Below are positions 35,806 to 48,697 of a stretch of 64,000 bases of DNA, piece after piece. Below the pieces are notes generated by a model, which made no database searches, had not been told where the DNA came from, and was given only the letters and a program-made list of their open reading frames with translations. The stretch lies in NCBI GenBank assembly GCA_964252035.1, contig OZ176214.1; one strand, given 5' to 3'. Within the stretch, counting starts at the first letter, position 1. Each line of letters opens with the position of its first letter. The position numbers were made by a program, and so were the translations under genes. Source of the stretch: Podarcis erhardii (lineage: Eukaryota).

Positions 35806-38800
35806 CCAAGTGCTAGGGACAAATGACAGAGATTGGATTTTTCCATCATAGGGATGGGTAAAACTGGCAGTTTCAGCTCCTAGTTTTTACAGCTTTTAGT
35901 TTAGTTCCACCATTTCCATATCCGTTTGTGAATTTTTATTTTAAAAATCTGCATAAAATATATGTGCATTTTGCGGGTGGTATGTATCTCCTAATGTTTG
36001 CATTTTTGATACACAATATTGCCTAATATACACAGTTTCTGCAAGTATTTCCCTGAATGTAATGTAGTTTTATATTTTACTTCCATATATATATTCACAC
36101 TCTTTGCTTGGAGAACTGCATCACAAAATTAAGAAAACTGTGAATAGCTGTGTTGCGGTTTGCACATTTTCACTCATTCACTTATTGGTTCAGGAAATAT
36201 GAATTATGCCTGAGCAAATTCATTCCTCAACCCTGATCATATTGCCTTTCTGTTCTTCATAGAAACATCTGATCTTCCATTGTCAGGGAGAGTGAGCCAG
36301 ATGGATCTCCAGGCAGATCCAGCCACTCAGTTCTTATAGAGCTTCATGTTAAGAGAAAATGTCCTCTACTACCTATTTGCCTGTACTTTTGCCCTAATAA
36401 GCTGCTTCGCCAGGTTGTTTTGAACATGAATAAAATGCAGATTAAAATAAGCAATTGGCAGAGTTAAAAGGGCTCTCCAAATGAACACTAAGAATACCAC
36501 TAATAATAGCTGAGCAGCTTCTGTTTTGCAGTCAAGTGGCAGTTGAGTTCAGATAGCTACAATCAACTGAAATAATCCCGTGTCCTTGCAGAGACACACT
36601 CATTTTAATTACTTGTAGGTGTGTGTTGAGCTTTAACCCATTGCAGTCATTGGCAAAACTGTTCAGTCTAGTTTTTTCTCTGGCCTCCCCATCACCAGCA
36701 GGTTAATAAATTTGTTTGTTTTGTAGTCATTGTTTGTTTTCCCTCTGAAGCACCCTGCAAGTTGTTTGTTATTGTTGTTACATGCAGGTTGCTATTGGGG
36801 AAAAATGCTTTAAATTAAAAGTTTTCATGGGACTGCTTCTTTCCTACCAAAAGATGGATTTTTTTTTATTTTTTTATTTTTTTGCTGATTAGAGGGGGAG
36901 AGTATTCTGAAAGCAGTCAGACAGCAGTTGCATTCTTATTCTGGTTAACATTATGAGATGGGCAAGAGTTCCACCTCCCTTTGTTTTGCTTTTTTAAGAA
37001 ACAGCATTCCAGTCCATCACACATCAGTTTTGATCTGTCAGATTGCAATGGCTTAAAGAGGGTGAGGGGGATGCTGCCATAATCACAGACATTATGTTGG
37101 TTATGTAGACAGCTTTTATGTCTTGGTGCCAGTTTACAAACAGTGCCAATAACATCTGGAGGGAACACCAGGTTGGAGAAAGATTGTTTACCCTGATGTG
37201 AAGTCTAGATCTAGGTGATCTCAAGGGGCTAATGGAGTGTTTGAAGGCTTTGTTCTCCCCCTTCTTGCCAATATGGATTGTAAACCTATCTATGCTTTTC
37301 TGTGTAAGCAAAGGAATATTTTATCTGTTCCATGCAATAATGGCAGTATTTATCACCTGCCTGTAAATTGAATTATTATGAATATTATTGATATTTATTT
37401 AAAGCTTTCGAAAGAATAACGTAGATTTGTGCGCTGGGTGTCACATTTGTAGGTTTTTCAGTTGTTTTAAAAATAATTCTAAATGGTAATGCTAGGACTT
37501 CCAACTTACATTAATTCTTCTTTAAGGAAGAATTCCATTAATGTCAGAGCATAACATTGTGAAAGCTTATCTTAGGCTGCATGCAATGAACAAGCGAACA
37601 GGGCCATGGGAATGACAGGCCTGAAGCCTCCCTCGTTGAAAGATCAGCATATGATGTGCCGTGCATTCATCAGGCTAAGCTCCTACATTCTGACCATCCA
37701 GGATTGTGCCATTTTTTAAAACCAAAAAACCAAAACAAAACTATAATTCCTTGGCTATTCCTAAGTATATCCTTTTAATGGCATAAAGGATAACATCTCC
37801 CCCTGCTGGCTACTGAAAGTAATGATTATAGGGCAAAGAGAAAGACTGTTAAAAGGTTAATGGACAGAATATGGGTACTGTACACAGATACTAGGTACAC
37901 CGTTTCCTGTATGCTTTTGTGTATGAAATCATGTTCATCTCATATATCCATTTGTCACATGCTGCGGGTGCATGTCTTATTTTCGCTGCACATGATAGTA
38001 GAGGAAAAACTTCTGGTTCCCCTCTAATGTACCTGTGCTGAAATTGTCCCACACATACTCATCTCCCTTGATAGTGCTTGTGGTTGTTGTATCCTAATAG
38101 GAAATGCGCCCCTGGGCTGCTGAGCACTGTGAGGTTAACTCCTTAATAACAATGCATAGAATAAGGCTGCATGTATCTGCAGGCTTAATTCTTTTCAAAC
38201 ATGAAAGCTACTTTTTTTTTTTTTTTTTTTTTTTGTCTAGACATGTGCTATGGGACCTACATCTTTTCACCATATGTGCACAGGATGGTAGTCTTGGTTG
38301 CCCAGCCCATCATAGATTAGGCTGTATCACAGTGTTGCATCCTGTGAAGAACAGCTGCATAATAATAACATAGGCAGTAGGCTCACTGTATTATCTTGCT
38401 GTTAGATAACATTCTAGGTCATATGCAGCTTCGCACTCTGGGCCATGCTTGACTTCCACACTCTACACTCTTGAGGGATATCCAGCTTTCTCATGTACTA
38501 TGCAGCACCCTGTCTATCCCCCCCCCCCTCAAAAATAAAAAAGAGTTCTACCATGGGATAGGGTTAAACTTTAACAATGGAAAATCCTCCAAAATTGCAG
38601 ATGCAGAGGTCCATTTCAGGAAGATGCAGCTGGAACTCTCTCTCCCTCTCCCTCTCCCTCCTTGTTACATATCCTTTAACTATCATGACTTTCCCTGTAG
38701 AACCCTGTGATCTGCAGTTTGAGAAGGTACTGCCATCTACAACTCCCTGGGTTCAGTAGGGAGTGAAATGGAATCAGCCCCAGCCTGTTGCCAAGATATG

Positions 38801-38831
38801 CCCTAAATTGCCACAGTGTAATCAGAGGGAA

Positions 38832-39763
38832 GGGACGTGGGTGGTGCTGTGGGTTAAACCACAGAGCCTAGGACTTGCTGATCAGAAGGTTGGCAGTTCG
38901 AATCCCCGTGACAGGGTGAGCTCCCATTGCTCGGTCCCTGCTCCTGCCAACCTAGCAGTTCTTTTTTTTTTTTTAATACTTTTTTATTCGAGCTTTAAAT
39001 AATACACATGTCTATATAAATATACATTGTACAAATCATCATATCACTGAACGTATAAACATACATATAAATAAATTATTGTTAATTTTTTCTTTTTTAC
39101 AAAAGAGGAAAGAAAAAAAGGATCAAAAAACAAAAATTTCTTATCATCAAAACAAAAAACAAACAAAACAAAAACAAAAACAAAAAAACCCTTTGGACTT
39201 TATTTAGTCCTGGACTTCCCTCCACCCTATTGGTAAGTATCAAATAATCCTACATTCACGTATTTTCTCTTAATCTTAAATATTAGACATTCTCTGTTAG
39301 AGTTAATCCAGGCCCACCAGTGTCTTCTACTATTTATTTTCAATATATTTCCAGTATTTACTCCAATTTTTATGAAATTTTTGCTCATCTTGGTCTCGTA
39401 TTCTACCCGTTAATCTAGCAAGTTCGGCGTATTCCACCATTTTAACCTGCCAATCACTTATACTAGGTATGGTTTCCATTTTCCAGTTTTGTGCCAGCAT
39501 AGTTCTTGCGGCTGTGGTGGCATAGAGGCAACCTAGCAGTTCTAAAGCACATCAGAGTGCAAGTAGGTAAATAGGTACTGCTCCGGCGGGAAGGTAAACG
39601 GCGTTTCCATGCGCTGCTCTGATTCGCCAGAAGTGGCTTAGTCATACTGGGCACATGACCCGGAAGCTGTACGCCTACTCCCTTGGCCAGTAAAGCGAGA
39701 TGAGCGCCGCAACCCCAGAGTCGGTCACGACTGGACCTAATGGTCAGGGGTCCCTTTACCCTT
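38832..39763 (+). mobile_element. Full-length Sauria SINE split by an L1 insertion
   Basis: Head at 38832-38962, body at 39544-39763; TSD TAATCAGAGGGAA at 38819-38831 and 39764-39776. Confidence 0.95.
38963..39528 (-). mobile_element. 5'-truncated L1 (ORF2 C-terminus, 3' UTR and poly(A))
   Basis: Peptide YATTAARTMLAQNWKMETIPSISDWQVKMVEYAELARLTGRIRDQDEQKFHKNWSKYWKYIENK*; AATAAA and poly(A); 15-bp TSD CAACCTAGCAGTTCT. Confidence 0.93.
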
Positions 39764-41679
39764 TAATCAGAGGGAAGGGAGAGGAGAGTACAATGGTAGT
39801 AGTTCCATCTCTGTAATCCCAAGAAAAATAACCAAATTCTACAGTGTGAATAGAGAATAGAGCACTTGCTTCACATGGAGATCAATCCCCGGCATCTTCA
39901 GTTAAAGAGTGGCAGGTAGCAGCCACTGCAGGAAAAATCTCTGGAGAGCTGGTGTCAGTAGTGTAGACAGATGGGCTATTGAATTGAGTCTAAAGCATCT
40001 CTATATATCCTCACAGAGAGTCCTGGACCATCCAAGTATAATGCAGCAATGCAAGCCAAGCCCTTAGATCATTGGGGATAATAAGCTCACAGATGGGCTT
40101 TTTTCTGTTGTTTTGTTGGTGCTGACCCAAAAGTACTGTTGCTTTCCCCACCTGTCTTTGGCCTCGAACACATTGACAACACAGGCACTTCGAAAGCCTA
40201 AAAATATTCCAAGGGTTTATTTAGTTGGCTATAACATAGAGTCTTCTGCCATTTTTCAACACTGCAATTTTCTGTCATCTTACCAAGACAATATGTGCAA
40301 ACCTCCCCTGCAGCCAGAATACATTTCATTGGTTGAGTCCCCCCACCCCCACCTGCCACCCTCTTCTTCACCACCAGAACCTAAAATGTATGAGCAAGAA
40401 AGGATGGTTAATATTTTTGGAGATTCTTTTTTCTTTGTTAAGATTACAACTTTGGTAAACATGCTAAGGGGCAGGAGGGATAGCTTTGTCACTACACTCG
40501 TTCCTCCAAGTCATGTAGCCTGAATTTCTGAATTGAATACCCTCCTATACTTTGTGTAGGCTCCACGTGCATTTCCAAATGCTAATTTTCTCAGGGTTCT
40601 AAAATGAAACCCACATTTACTATGGCATGTACTTTCAATGACTCAAGTCCACTCTATCAGATGCATAAAACGTCATCTTGAGATGCTGCTATATGTGGAT
40701 TGTGGAATATTGTAAATGAGAGGTAGCTAACCTGTGCTTCTTCAGCTATTGTTGGACTTCAAGTACCATCATCCCTGTACATTAGCCATGCAGGCTGGGA
40801 CTGATGGGAACTGGAGTCCAGCAACCTCAGGTGGCCTTTTGCAAAGAGAGAGCACCTTGTAAAACTTTCTGCGGTTCATTTCCTTCTGACTTCACTGGTT
40901 ATATACACACAACACCATTTGTAACACAGTTTGAATGTCCGAAATCATCCTCAACGACACTGCTAGCTTAGGAAGAAGAATATAATAGCTTCTGTTCTAT
41001 AAAGTGCAGGTGATTGTGTGAATGGGTCCTCTAGTGAATTACTAAAATCTGACAAGCATGGGGGCATTGTAACAGCCTAACACCCCAATATCTTGATAAC
41101 TAATATTCAAAATCAGGGTGCCAAAACAATATTTAGCACCTGGCTTGCCGTCTTAAGCATATTTACAAATATGCTTTGTTTTCAATTAAGCGGAGGTGAA
41201 CCTGTTTGCAACCCGTCGCAAGAACACTGGCATCATAATTACTTCCATGCACGACTTTATTACACTTAATTTTGCTGTTATCTCACATAATTATGCATTT
41301 CCAATTAATGTTCCTTCCACCCCCACCCCCCGCCACACAGTCACAATGATTATATAATTTGGAGTAATTTTAGGGAAGATCTTGCAAGTTGAATGCCAGA
41401 CTGCAGAATCACCTAGGAACATAAGAAGCTACCTTATTACTGAACTGCAGAATTGTGTGTGTGTTTTCTGCATGTGACACACACACAAAAAATCCAGCCT
41501 AGATGAAAATACTCTGGCATCCCTAAATGTCACTTACACTCAGCATGTTAAACAAAGACATTCTGTACCAATTTTCATTTCTGAGCCAGAGGAAGCATTG
41601 GATGTTGAAGCAGATGCTGACTGTATAAGCTGGGACATTCTGTATGCAAAGCATCTGCTCTGTTGCTGAGCTATGCCCC

Positions 41680-41930
41680 TTAAAGCCTTATATGACCATA
41701 TATGACCAGGGACCCTCATACCTACAAGACCATCTCTCCTGGTATGGCCCTATGGAGGACCTTATAGTCTGCTAATATCTTGGAGGTTCTGGGCCTCAAG
41801 GAGGTTAGACTGGCCTTGACCAGAGCCAGAGCCTTTTTGGCCCTGGCCCCAGTCTGGTGGAATGCTCTGCCACAAGAGACCAGGACCCTGCAGGACTTGA
41901 CATCTTTCCGCAGGGCTTGCCAGGCCTTTA
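41680..41930 (+). mobile_element. L2 3' fragment, same family as 4541-5372
   Basis: Nucleotide similarity, e.g. GGGACCCTCATACCTA...GAGACCAGGACCCTGCAGGA...TCTTTCCGCAGGGC. Confidence 0.8.
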
Positions 41931-42337
41931 AATAACTATTAAATAATAAATAATAAATATTTAAATAACTGACCAATTGTGTGGCAGATAACTCAGTTCT
42001 GCCCCAACTCAAACATAAAGCTGCCAGCCTTAAAGTAAATCCTGTTTATGCCCATGGTTGGAAATAAATAGGAACGTGATAAATTTATACTGAGTCAGAC
42101 CCTTGGTCCATCTAGCTCAGTGTTGTCTACACTGACAGGCAGCAGCTCTCCAAGGGTTCAGACAGAGGTGGTAAGCTTCTGAATTCACTTGCAGGACAAA
42201 CTGGGGAGAGTTGCTATTGCACTCAAATCCTTCTTCTGGATTTACCTTAGGCAACTGGTTGGTCACTGTGATAACAGGTTGCTGGACCAGGTGGGCAGCT
42301 CTCCAGATCCAGTAGGCTCTTCATATGTTTGTTTGTA

Positions 42338-42562
42338 AAGTGGTACCTTGAGTTACAAACACCTCGGCTTGCAAACACTTCAGGTTGCAGACTCCGCTAA
42401 CCTGGAAGTAGTACCTTGGTTTAAGAACTTTGCCCCAGGATGAGAACAGAAATTGTGCACCGGTGGCGAGGCGGCAGCGGGAGGCCCCATTAGCTAAAGT
42501 GGTACCTCAGGTTAAGAACAGACCTCCAGAATGAATTAACTTCATAACCAAAGGTACCACTG
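42338..42562. mobile_element. Tigger/pogo-like MITE, subfamily A-related, more diverged
   Basis: AAGTGGTACCTTGAGTTA...AAGGTACCACTG with the subfamily A core GGAGGCCCCATTAGCTAAAG. Confidence 0.82.
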
Positions 42563-44661
42563 CACTCACTACACCAACCAGATCTTTTAGTCTTGCTTTA
42601 CTTATTTCTTGTCCAACAGATTTCTGAAACTCCTAGCTAGATTTAGGAGCAACCATTCAATTTCAACAGAATGGTCCTCCTTGTTTGGAAGTTTAGAATT
42701 AGGCTTTGCTACAGAGTTGATAAAATGGGAAGCACTTAAAAGTAGAGGTAGTGAGCTGAATCTTGCCCTCAAGTATATCTGGAAATATGTGTTTGTTTTT
42801 TGTTTTCGTTTTTTTAAAAAGATGTCAGAATATTTTTTTTTTTTTAAAAATGACTTAATTGGGAACCAGTAATAGATAATCTGTTTTAAACAGAACTCAA
42901 TATTTATTAGATCATATCATGAAATCCAATTTTTCACCACACATTCTTCCTTTTCTTACTCTCTGGCTGTCCCCACTCCCCTATTGCTGGTTGTCTAAGA
43001 TTGAAGTCAGTGAGTTCCATCCCTGTTACTGCATCAAAAGACATGATATATTTCAAAGGGGGAAGGGGAGCACTTAATGTTCTTTTTAAAATAATGAAAA
43101 TAAAATAATGTTGCTCACATGATTAAAGATCCTGTGACATAGATTGTTCCTTTTTCAGTATTTGAAATGCATCAGCACAGATCAAAAGGGCATTGATTCT
43201 CCCTGAAAGTCTGTTGTTTTTAGGAAATGAAAGAAGGAATGTTAGGTACACACAGGGTGTCTTTAATAAACTGAGATAGGAGAAGGAGGAGCTAAATTTA
43301 GCACTCTGCTATATGTTTAATATGGGAAAAGTTCAGCCTGATTTCTTTCTTTGCAGGGGGTAGCAGCAAAAGAGAGATGGAAGCTGCCTCTCTTTCATGT
43401 TTATTCTTGGAAGCTGAATTTTGAGGGTTTGGTGCAAAAATCACATGTACTTCCTCTGGCTCCTCTCTGCTTCTGACAACCATTTTGTGCTGCCCAGAAT
43501 GCTCCAAAACAATAGTGCATTGAAGGGGGCATAGAAGGAGCATAGAAGGAACAGTGGGTCCTTTGTCCCCAATTGTGAGGTCACACAACTTCCTCATCCA
43601 ACATTGCAATACCTGCTGAACATGGACTTCTGGGAAGGGGCAAGCTTAGCCAGGGATGTGTGACCTCTAGAGACAGATGAATTGGCTAACTTCTTTCAGT
43701 TTCTCATTTTACCAATCTTAAATTCAGTTCTCCTGATGCCTTGGGGGACCTGGTGCTGTGTTCAGGCATGTGCTCCCTCTTTCTTTCTTTCTTTCTCATT
43801 GTAACTTACGTCACAACTTACTTTATGCTTATTTACACCCTGAGCTTCCTCCAAGCATCTCAAGGTAGTGTAAACTGGGTCATGCCATTTTATCATCTCC
43901 TTGTTGTTACGATGATAAAATGGTAGAACTGTTCCCCATGGGACTAGAGCCTGGATGGCTTTTATTTCTTTATGGCCTTTCCCTCTCAATTTCCTTCCAC
44001 TACAGGAACCCAATGTGACATGCCATTGTCATCTCCCATCAAAGACCAATTTAGCTTCAGCAGGGATGTTGTAACACATGCGTATGCCCTCTGAGCATGT
44101 TTTAAATACCCGAACATGGGAATCTGTTTTACAACGTTCACATTGAATAGCAGTAGTTCTCCAGGGTTTCCAACAGGCAACCATCCCACTACTGTCTGAA
44201 GATGCTGAGGTAAAAATGTGGGACCTTCCACATGCAAAGCAGATGCTCTGTCATTGAGCAGTAGGTCTTCCCATCTCCTTATTTTTGGAGAGGCTAAGTT
44301 TTCCCCCTGCTTTCATACTCATCCCTTGAAGGGTTAATGGCAAGCATCCAGTGAGGAGAAGATGTTGACTACAGCGAAATAAGTTTCCTAGTTCCTGGAT
44401 GACTTTTTTTTTCTGTTGTTTTTATCCAACAAGACTCAGCACAATGGAAGAGACATTGATTGTGATCGAGGCAGCAGACTCTGGGGACCTAAACGTGTTA
44501 TCAAGAGAGTGCTCTTGCATTTTCTTTGCTTCTTTCCTTGGACCACAGCAGTTTTCCTCTTCCTAAATTCAAACCAAGCCTGTGTTTGCTACTTTATCTA
44601 TGCTACGCACCAACCTATTCTCTCATTCCTCATAAAAACTGGGATTTTTTGGGGGGAGGGG

Positions 44662-44664
<3 letters not shown>

Positions 44665-44694
<30 letters not shown>
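44665..44694. repeat. (GT)n microsatellite; similar arrays at 48662-48695, 60539-60564 and 63062-63085
   Basis: Direct reading. Confidence 0.97.
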
Positions 44695-44697
<3 letters not shown>

Positions 44698-46226
44698 CGC
44701 ACATGATCTCGTCTTTCTTGCACTTTTACCGATAGCTGCAACTTCAGTAGAGATTTTAGAGCTTGACTGGTCAGTCTAAGGAGGTAGCAGTGGGGCTTTG
44801 GCCCTACAGGTGCAAATAGAAACAAATTAAATGGTGTTTTCATTGCAATCTCCTATGTGGGATGCAATTTGCTCTTTTGTCATTGGGGATGCCAACACAT
44901 CCACTTGGGCTGATTGGCTGTTTTTTTGTCTGGCTTCTCCACTTCCCTTCAATACCAGATATGATTTCTTAAAAGAAGAAGAAAAACCTTTAGAGCTATG
45001 CTGAATCGGTTTACAAGATGAAACAATTCTTGGGAAGACACTGTAAGGGGATTCAAAGCAAAACAAAACTACGAGCAACCAATTTTGTATTTGAGATAAA
45101 ATGTTTTGGTTTTGTACTTCACAGATACATGATAGTATACAATTTGGTCCAGCCTCAGGGAGTTCACTGGTGATCTCCTTACTTCCTTTCCTGCTTTCAG
45201 ACGTTTTCCCAAATATAACAAGTTGGGAAAGGGGAGGAACATAAATGGTATGGCGAAGCTATATAGCTGCAGATTGCAGGTAGGTCTTTGAGATCTAGAT
45301 GCTGGAGAGGATGGTGCTAGATTCACAAGTCACTTTAATAACAACAACAATAAAACAAGGAAAAACATATTGCATCTTTGGGCTTGGCAGAATTGGCACT
45401 ACTGCAGGTGCCACATAATACCAGGTCCACATTTGTAAGAACTCAATTATTTAGTGTGGCAGCACCTGCACTTTGTAACTGCCTGCCTGTTGACATCAGG
45501 TAGGTACCTTCATGGTACACTTGTCAGCACCTTCCCAGACAAGTAGAATGCCCATATTTTTTATTTTTTATTTTGTAGTTTATTGCTATTTTTTAATTTT
45601 TAAAATATTTTTGCCTTTAACTGATAAGTTTCCTATTCTCATTGCAAATCACTTAGGGATTTGTTTGTTTGTTTACAATCAAGCAGCATATTGTTTTTAT
45701 GAATAAATAAATAAAACTGCATACAGGAAGTGTATATGTTAGGAGAAATTTGCCAGCTCCCCCCCCCCAAGAAAAGATTGCAAATTGTTGTAAGAATGTA
45801 TTAGAGAATATGTAAAGAATAGAGTAATAATGGCAGGCACATTCACTATCAAAATAAAATTATATAACAGGAATTGACAGGAAGTCCAAAGTCCTTAGGA
45901 TATTTTTTGTTAAGAATTTTTGATAAGAATTTTCTTAATAATCACTTAAGAGTTAACATAAATACAGCAGAAGTTCAAGGTTTATATATAGGCAAGAAAA
46001 GATAAAGTATATGTTTTTTTCTTTTCTTTTTTGTGTATATGATTGAAACTTCAATTTATTTTAAGGCTATTAATAAGAGGGGAGGAATTTGTAGAAATTA
46101 ATAAATATCTGGAAGGTGAAATTTGTGAGTTTGGAAAAAAAGAAAGAAAAGGAAAACATTGCATACTGGTATAGATTATGAAGAACTTAAGTTGGGGGAT
46201 GAGAAAGTGAAAGAACATAAATTGAC

Positions 46227-46228
<2 letters not shown>

Positions 46229-46268
<40 letters not shown>
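46229..46268. repeat. (TA)n microsatellite
   Basis: Direct reading. Confidence 0.97.
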
Positions 46269-46270
<2 letters not shown>

Positions 46271-48086
46271 GATTATGCATGTTTGTGAGCTGCTTCACTG
46301 CAGTCCAACCTTCTGCATTGCCAGAGCTGAATATTAGTGCACTCCCCCCTTCCTCAGCCACATGATATTTTTTAAGTGCCTTTGATATTTATGCAATTTT
46401 TGCGCTTCTTCCTTAGAGAGCCTAGCTTGAACAAATTTGGAGTCTGAGAAATATTGAAGCTCCCTGTTAAAATGTGATAGCTGATACACGATCATGTAGC
46501 TGTGTGTGAAAACACATTAGGAGGAATGAGAAACGATCCTTCTGGCTCACAAAAGTACTGTGCAGAGCTCACAGCTGGAACGGAATACAGATTGTTAGTC
46601 ACCACAATGCCAGTAGTCATTCCCCAGCAACGGGGGGAGACTGAGGGCAGCGAGGGAGAGTAATTTGTCAGGCGCATTCAAGGAACTTCTGCTGCATCTC
46701 ACTGTTCCCGGCCTCATCTATTTCCCTGCCTTCCTATCTTACAAAATCAGCAGAGGACAGAAAAGCTGCTCCGCTCTCTATTATCACAGTCGGCAGAGGG
46801 AGCAGCGTGTGGGATCGAGGGAAAGAGACTGGGGAGGGGACCAAAGCAGAACCAAAACCCTTTTGCAGAGCTTGAAAGGGGAGAAAAAGTCTCCAGCACT
46901 GCTCACACACTTCTCTGTTGCAAGCCCTCAATGCTTTTTACTCGTCTCCTGTTCTGTGCAAACCTCAAAAGATTCTTTCTGGATCAGACCAAAAGCTCCA
47001 TCTAGTGCAGGGGTGGAGAATCCTTTCCAGATCAAGGGCAACAATGTCTTCTGGGAGCCACAAGCTAATGGTGGGCATGGTCAGAGGCAAGAGTAGGGGA
47101 AACCTTTGTATAGTAGGTTAGTCCCTCCGCACAAGAGAGAGATAGACACCTCTCTATCCTACATATATGCAACCAATAAGGCTTGTCAACATTCAAGCAC
47201 ACATGCAAGGCAGCAAAAGCCACTCAAGAGGGGTATGAAGTAGGGTTGGTGATGGAGGTATTTTGGGGAAGTGGGTGTGGATGAGGTTGGGTGTTGCCTG
47301 GGAGAGTCTTGAAGGCAATTTCACTGCAGACCACAATGGGACTGCACACGAGGTTTCCCTCACCCATTCATCTAGGAGTCCATCATCCATCTTCCCACAC
47401 AGTGGCTAACCAGATGCCCCCAGGAAGCTGTCTAGCAGGCCAGTTTCTATATTGCTTTTTCCTCTCTGCTCTATTTGTTAGGCAGTTTAAATAATTAAGA
47501 AAATAACAAATACCACAGAAGACATATATCAAAGCAAATGGCTGCTTAGTTTAGTGTCCATGAATTCAATAAGAGGAAGGTAAGCTTTCAGAATTCTATC
47601 TTTGTGCACTCTCCCAAGGTCCCATACCTTCTCTCCCAATTCCCCTCATCTCTTTGAACAGAACATATTTTGCTGCCATTGCCATTCAGCTTCATTTCCA
47701 CAGGGGTGGAACTTGGTGCCCTGTATGAGGCCAAAATTTGACACCCCCTCTAAGCTGTCTTCCCAAAGCCTGGTAAGCAAGATGCTGGGCCTTGGGAAGA
47801 TGTGAGGGCACTGGCAGGATCCTAGAGCCCTACCAGCTCCTTCCCAAAGCTGGGCAAATGCTTATAGAACTTTGGGAAGGAGTGGGGAAGACTCTAGGAC
47901 CCTCTCACCTTCCTTCCAAAGCTAGCATTTACTAGGCTTTGGAAAGGAGGCAAGAAGGTCCCCCTTACTTGGGGCACTGTGCAGGGCAATTGTTCACACA
48001 GCCGTTAATTCACCTTGGTTTATGACCTCACCATTTTCTTGCAACCACATTGCCAGTGCTGTTAAAATTTATAGCCCACCTTTTGG

Positions 48087-48287
48087 ATAGGTACCGCTCT
48101 GGTGGGAAGGTAAACGGCACTTCCGTGCGCTGCTCTGGTTTCGCCAGAAGTGGCTTAGTCGTGCTGGCCACATGACCCGGAAGCTGTACGCCAGCTCCCT
48201 CAGCCAGTAAAGCGAGATGAGCGCCGCAACCCCAGAGTTGGCCACGACTGGACCTAATGGTCAGGGGTCCCTTTCCCTTTCCCTTTT
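48087..48287 (+). mobile_element. 5'-truncated Sauria SINE
   Basis: ATAGGTACCGCTC...GGACCTAATGGTCAGGGGTCCCTTTCCCTTT; tRNA head absent. Confidence 0.92.
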
Positions 48288-48659
48288 AACTCCCATCAGC
48301 CCCATCCAATGCAGTGGACTACATATTCAGCTCTGGCAATGTAGAATGTTGGACTGCAGTGAAACAGCTCAAAAGCACGCATGCACACACACCCTTTCAA
48401 ATATACTGATTCCCAGGACACTGGACAGATCTGCTTAATTTTCACAAAGCACTGGTCTCATGTATCTTCCCTAACTACTGCTACTGTTCTACTGCAGTTC
48501 ATCTTCCACCACAAACTACATTATCCAATTTGCTGTCCACAGTGATGAAATTATGCAATGCAAATAATTTATGTAAATTACATAGATCATGTAAGTTACA
48601 TTGTCAATGTGTAACTCTACCCCTTTCTTTTCAATACAAAGGAAACACAGTGCAAATGC

Positions 48660-48697
<38 letters not shown>

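Noticed and set aside
46492-46677. 61-aa minus-strand ORF as a host protein
   Set aside because: No recognisable homology or supporting splice structure; the region is kept only as a regulatory candidate.
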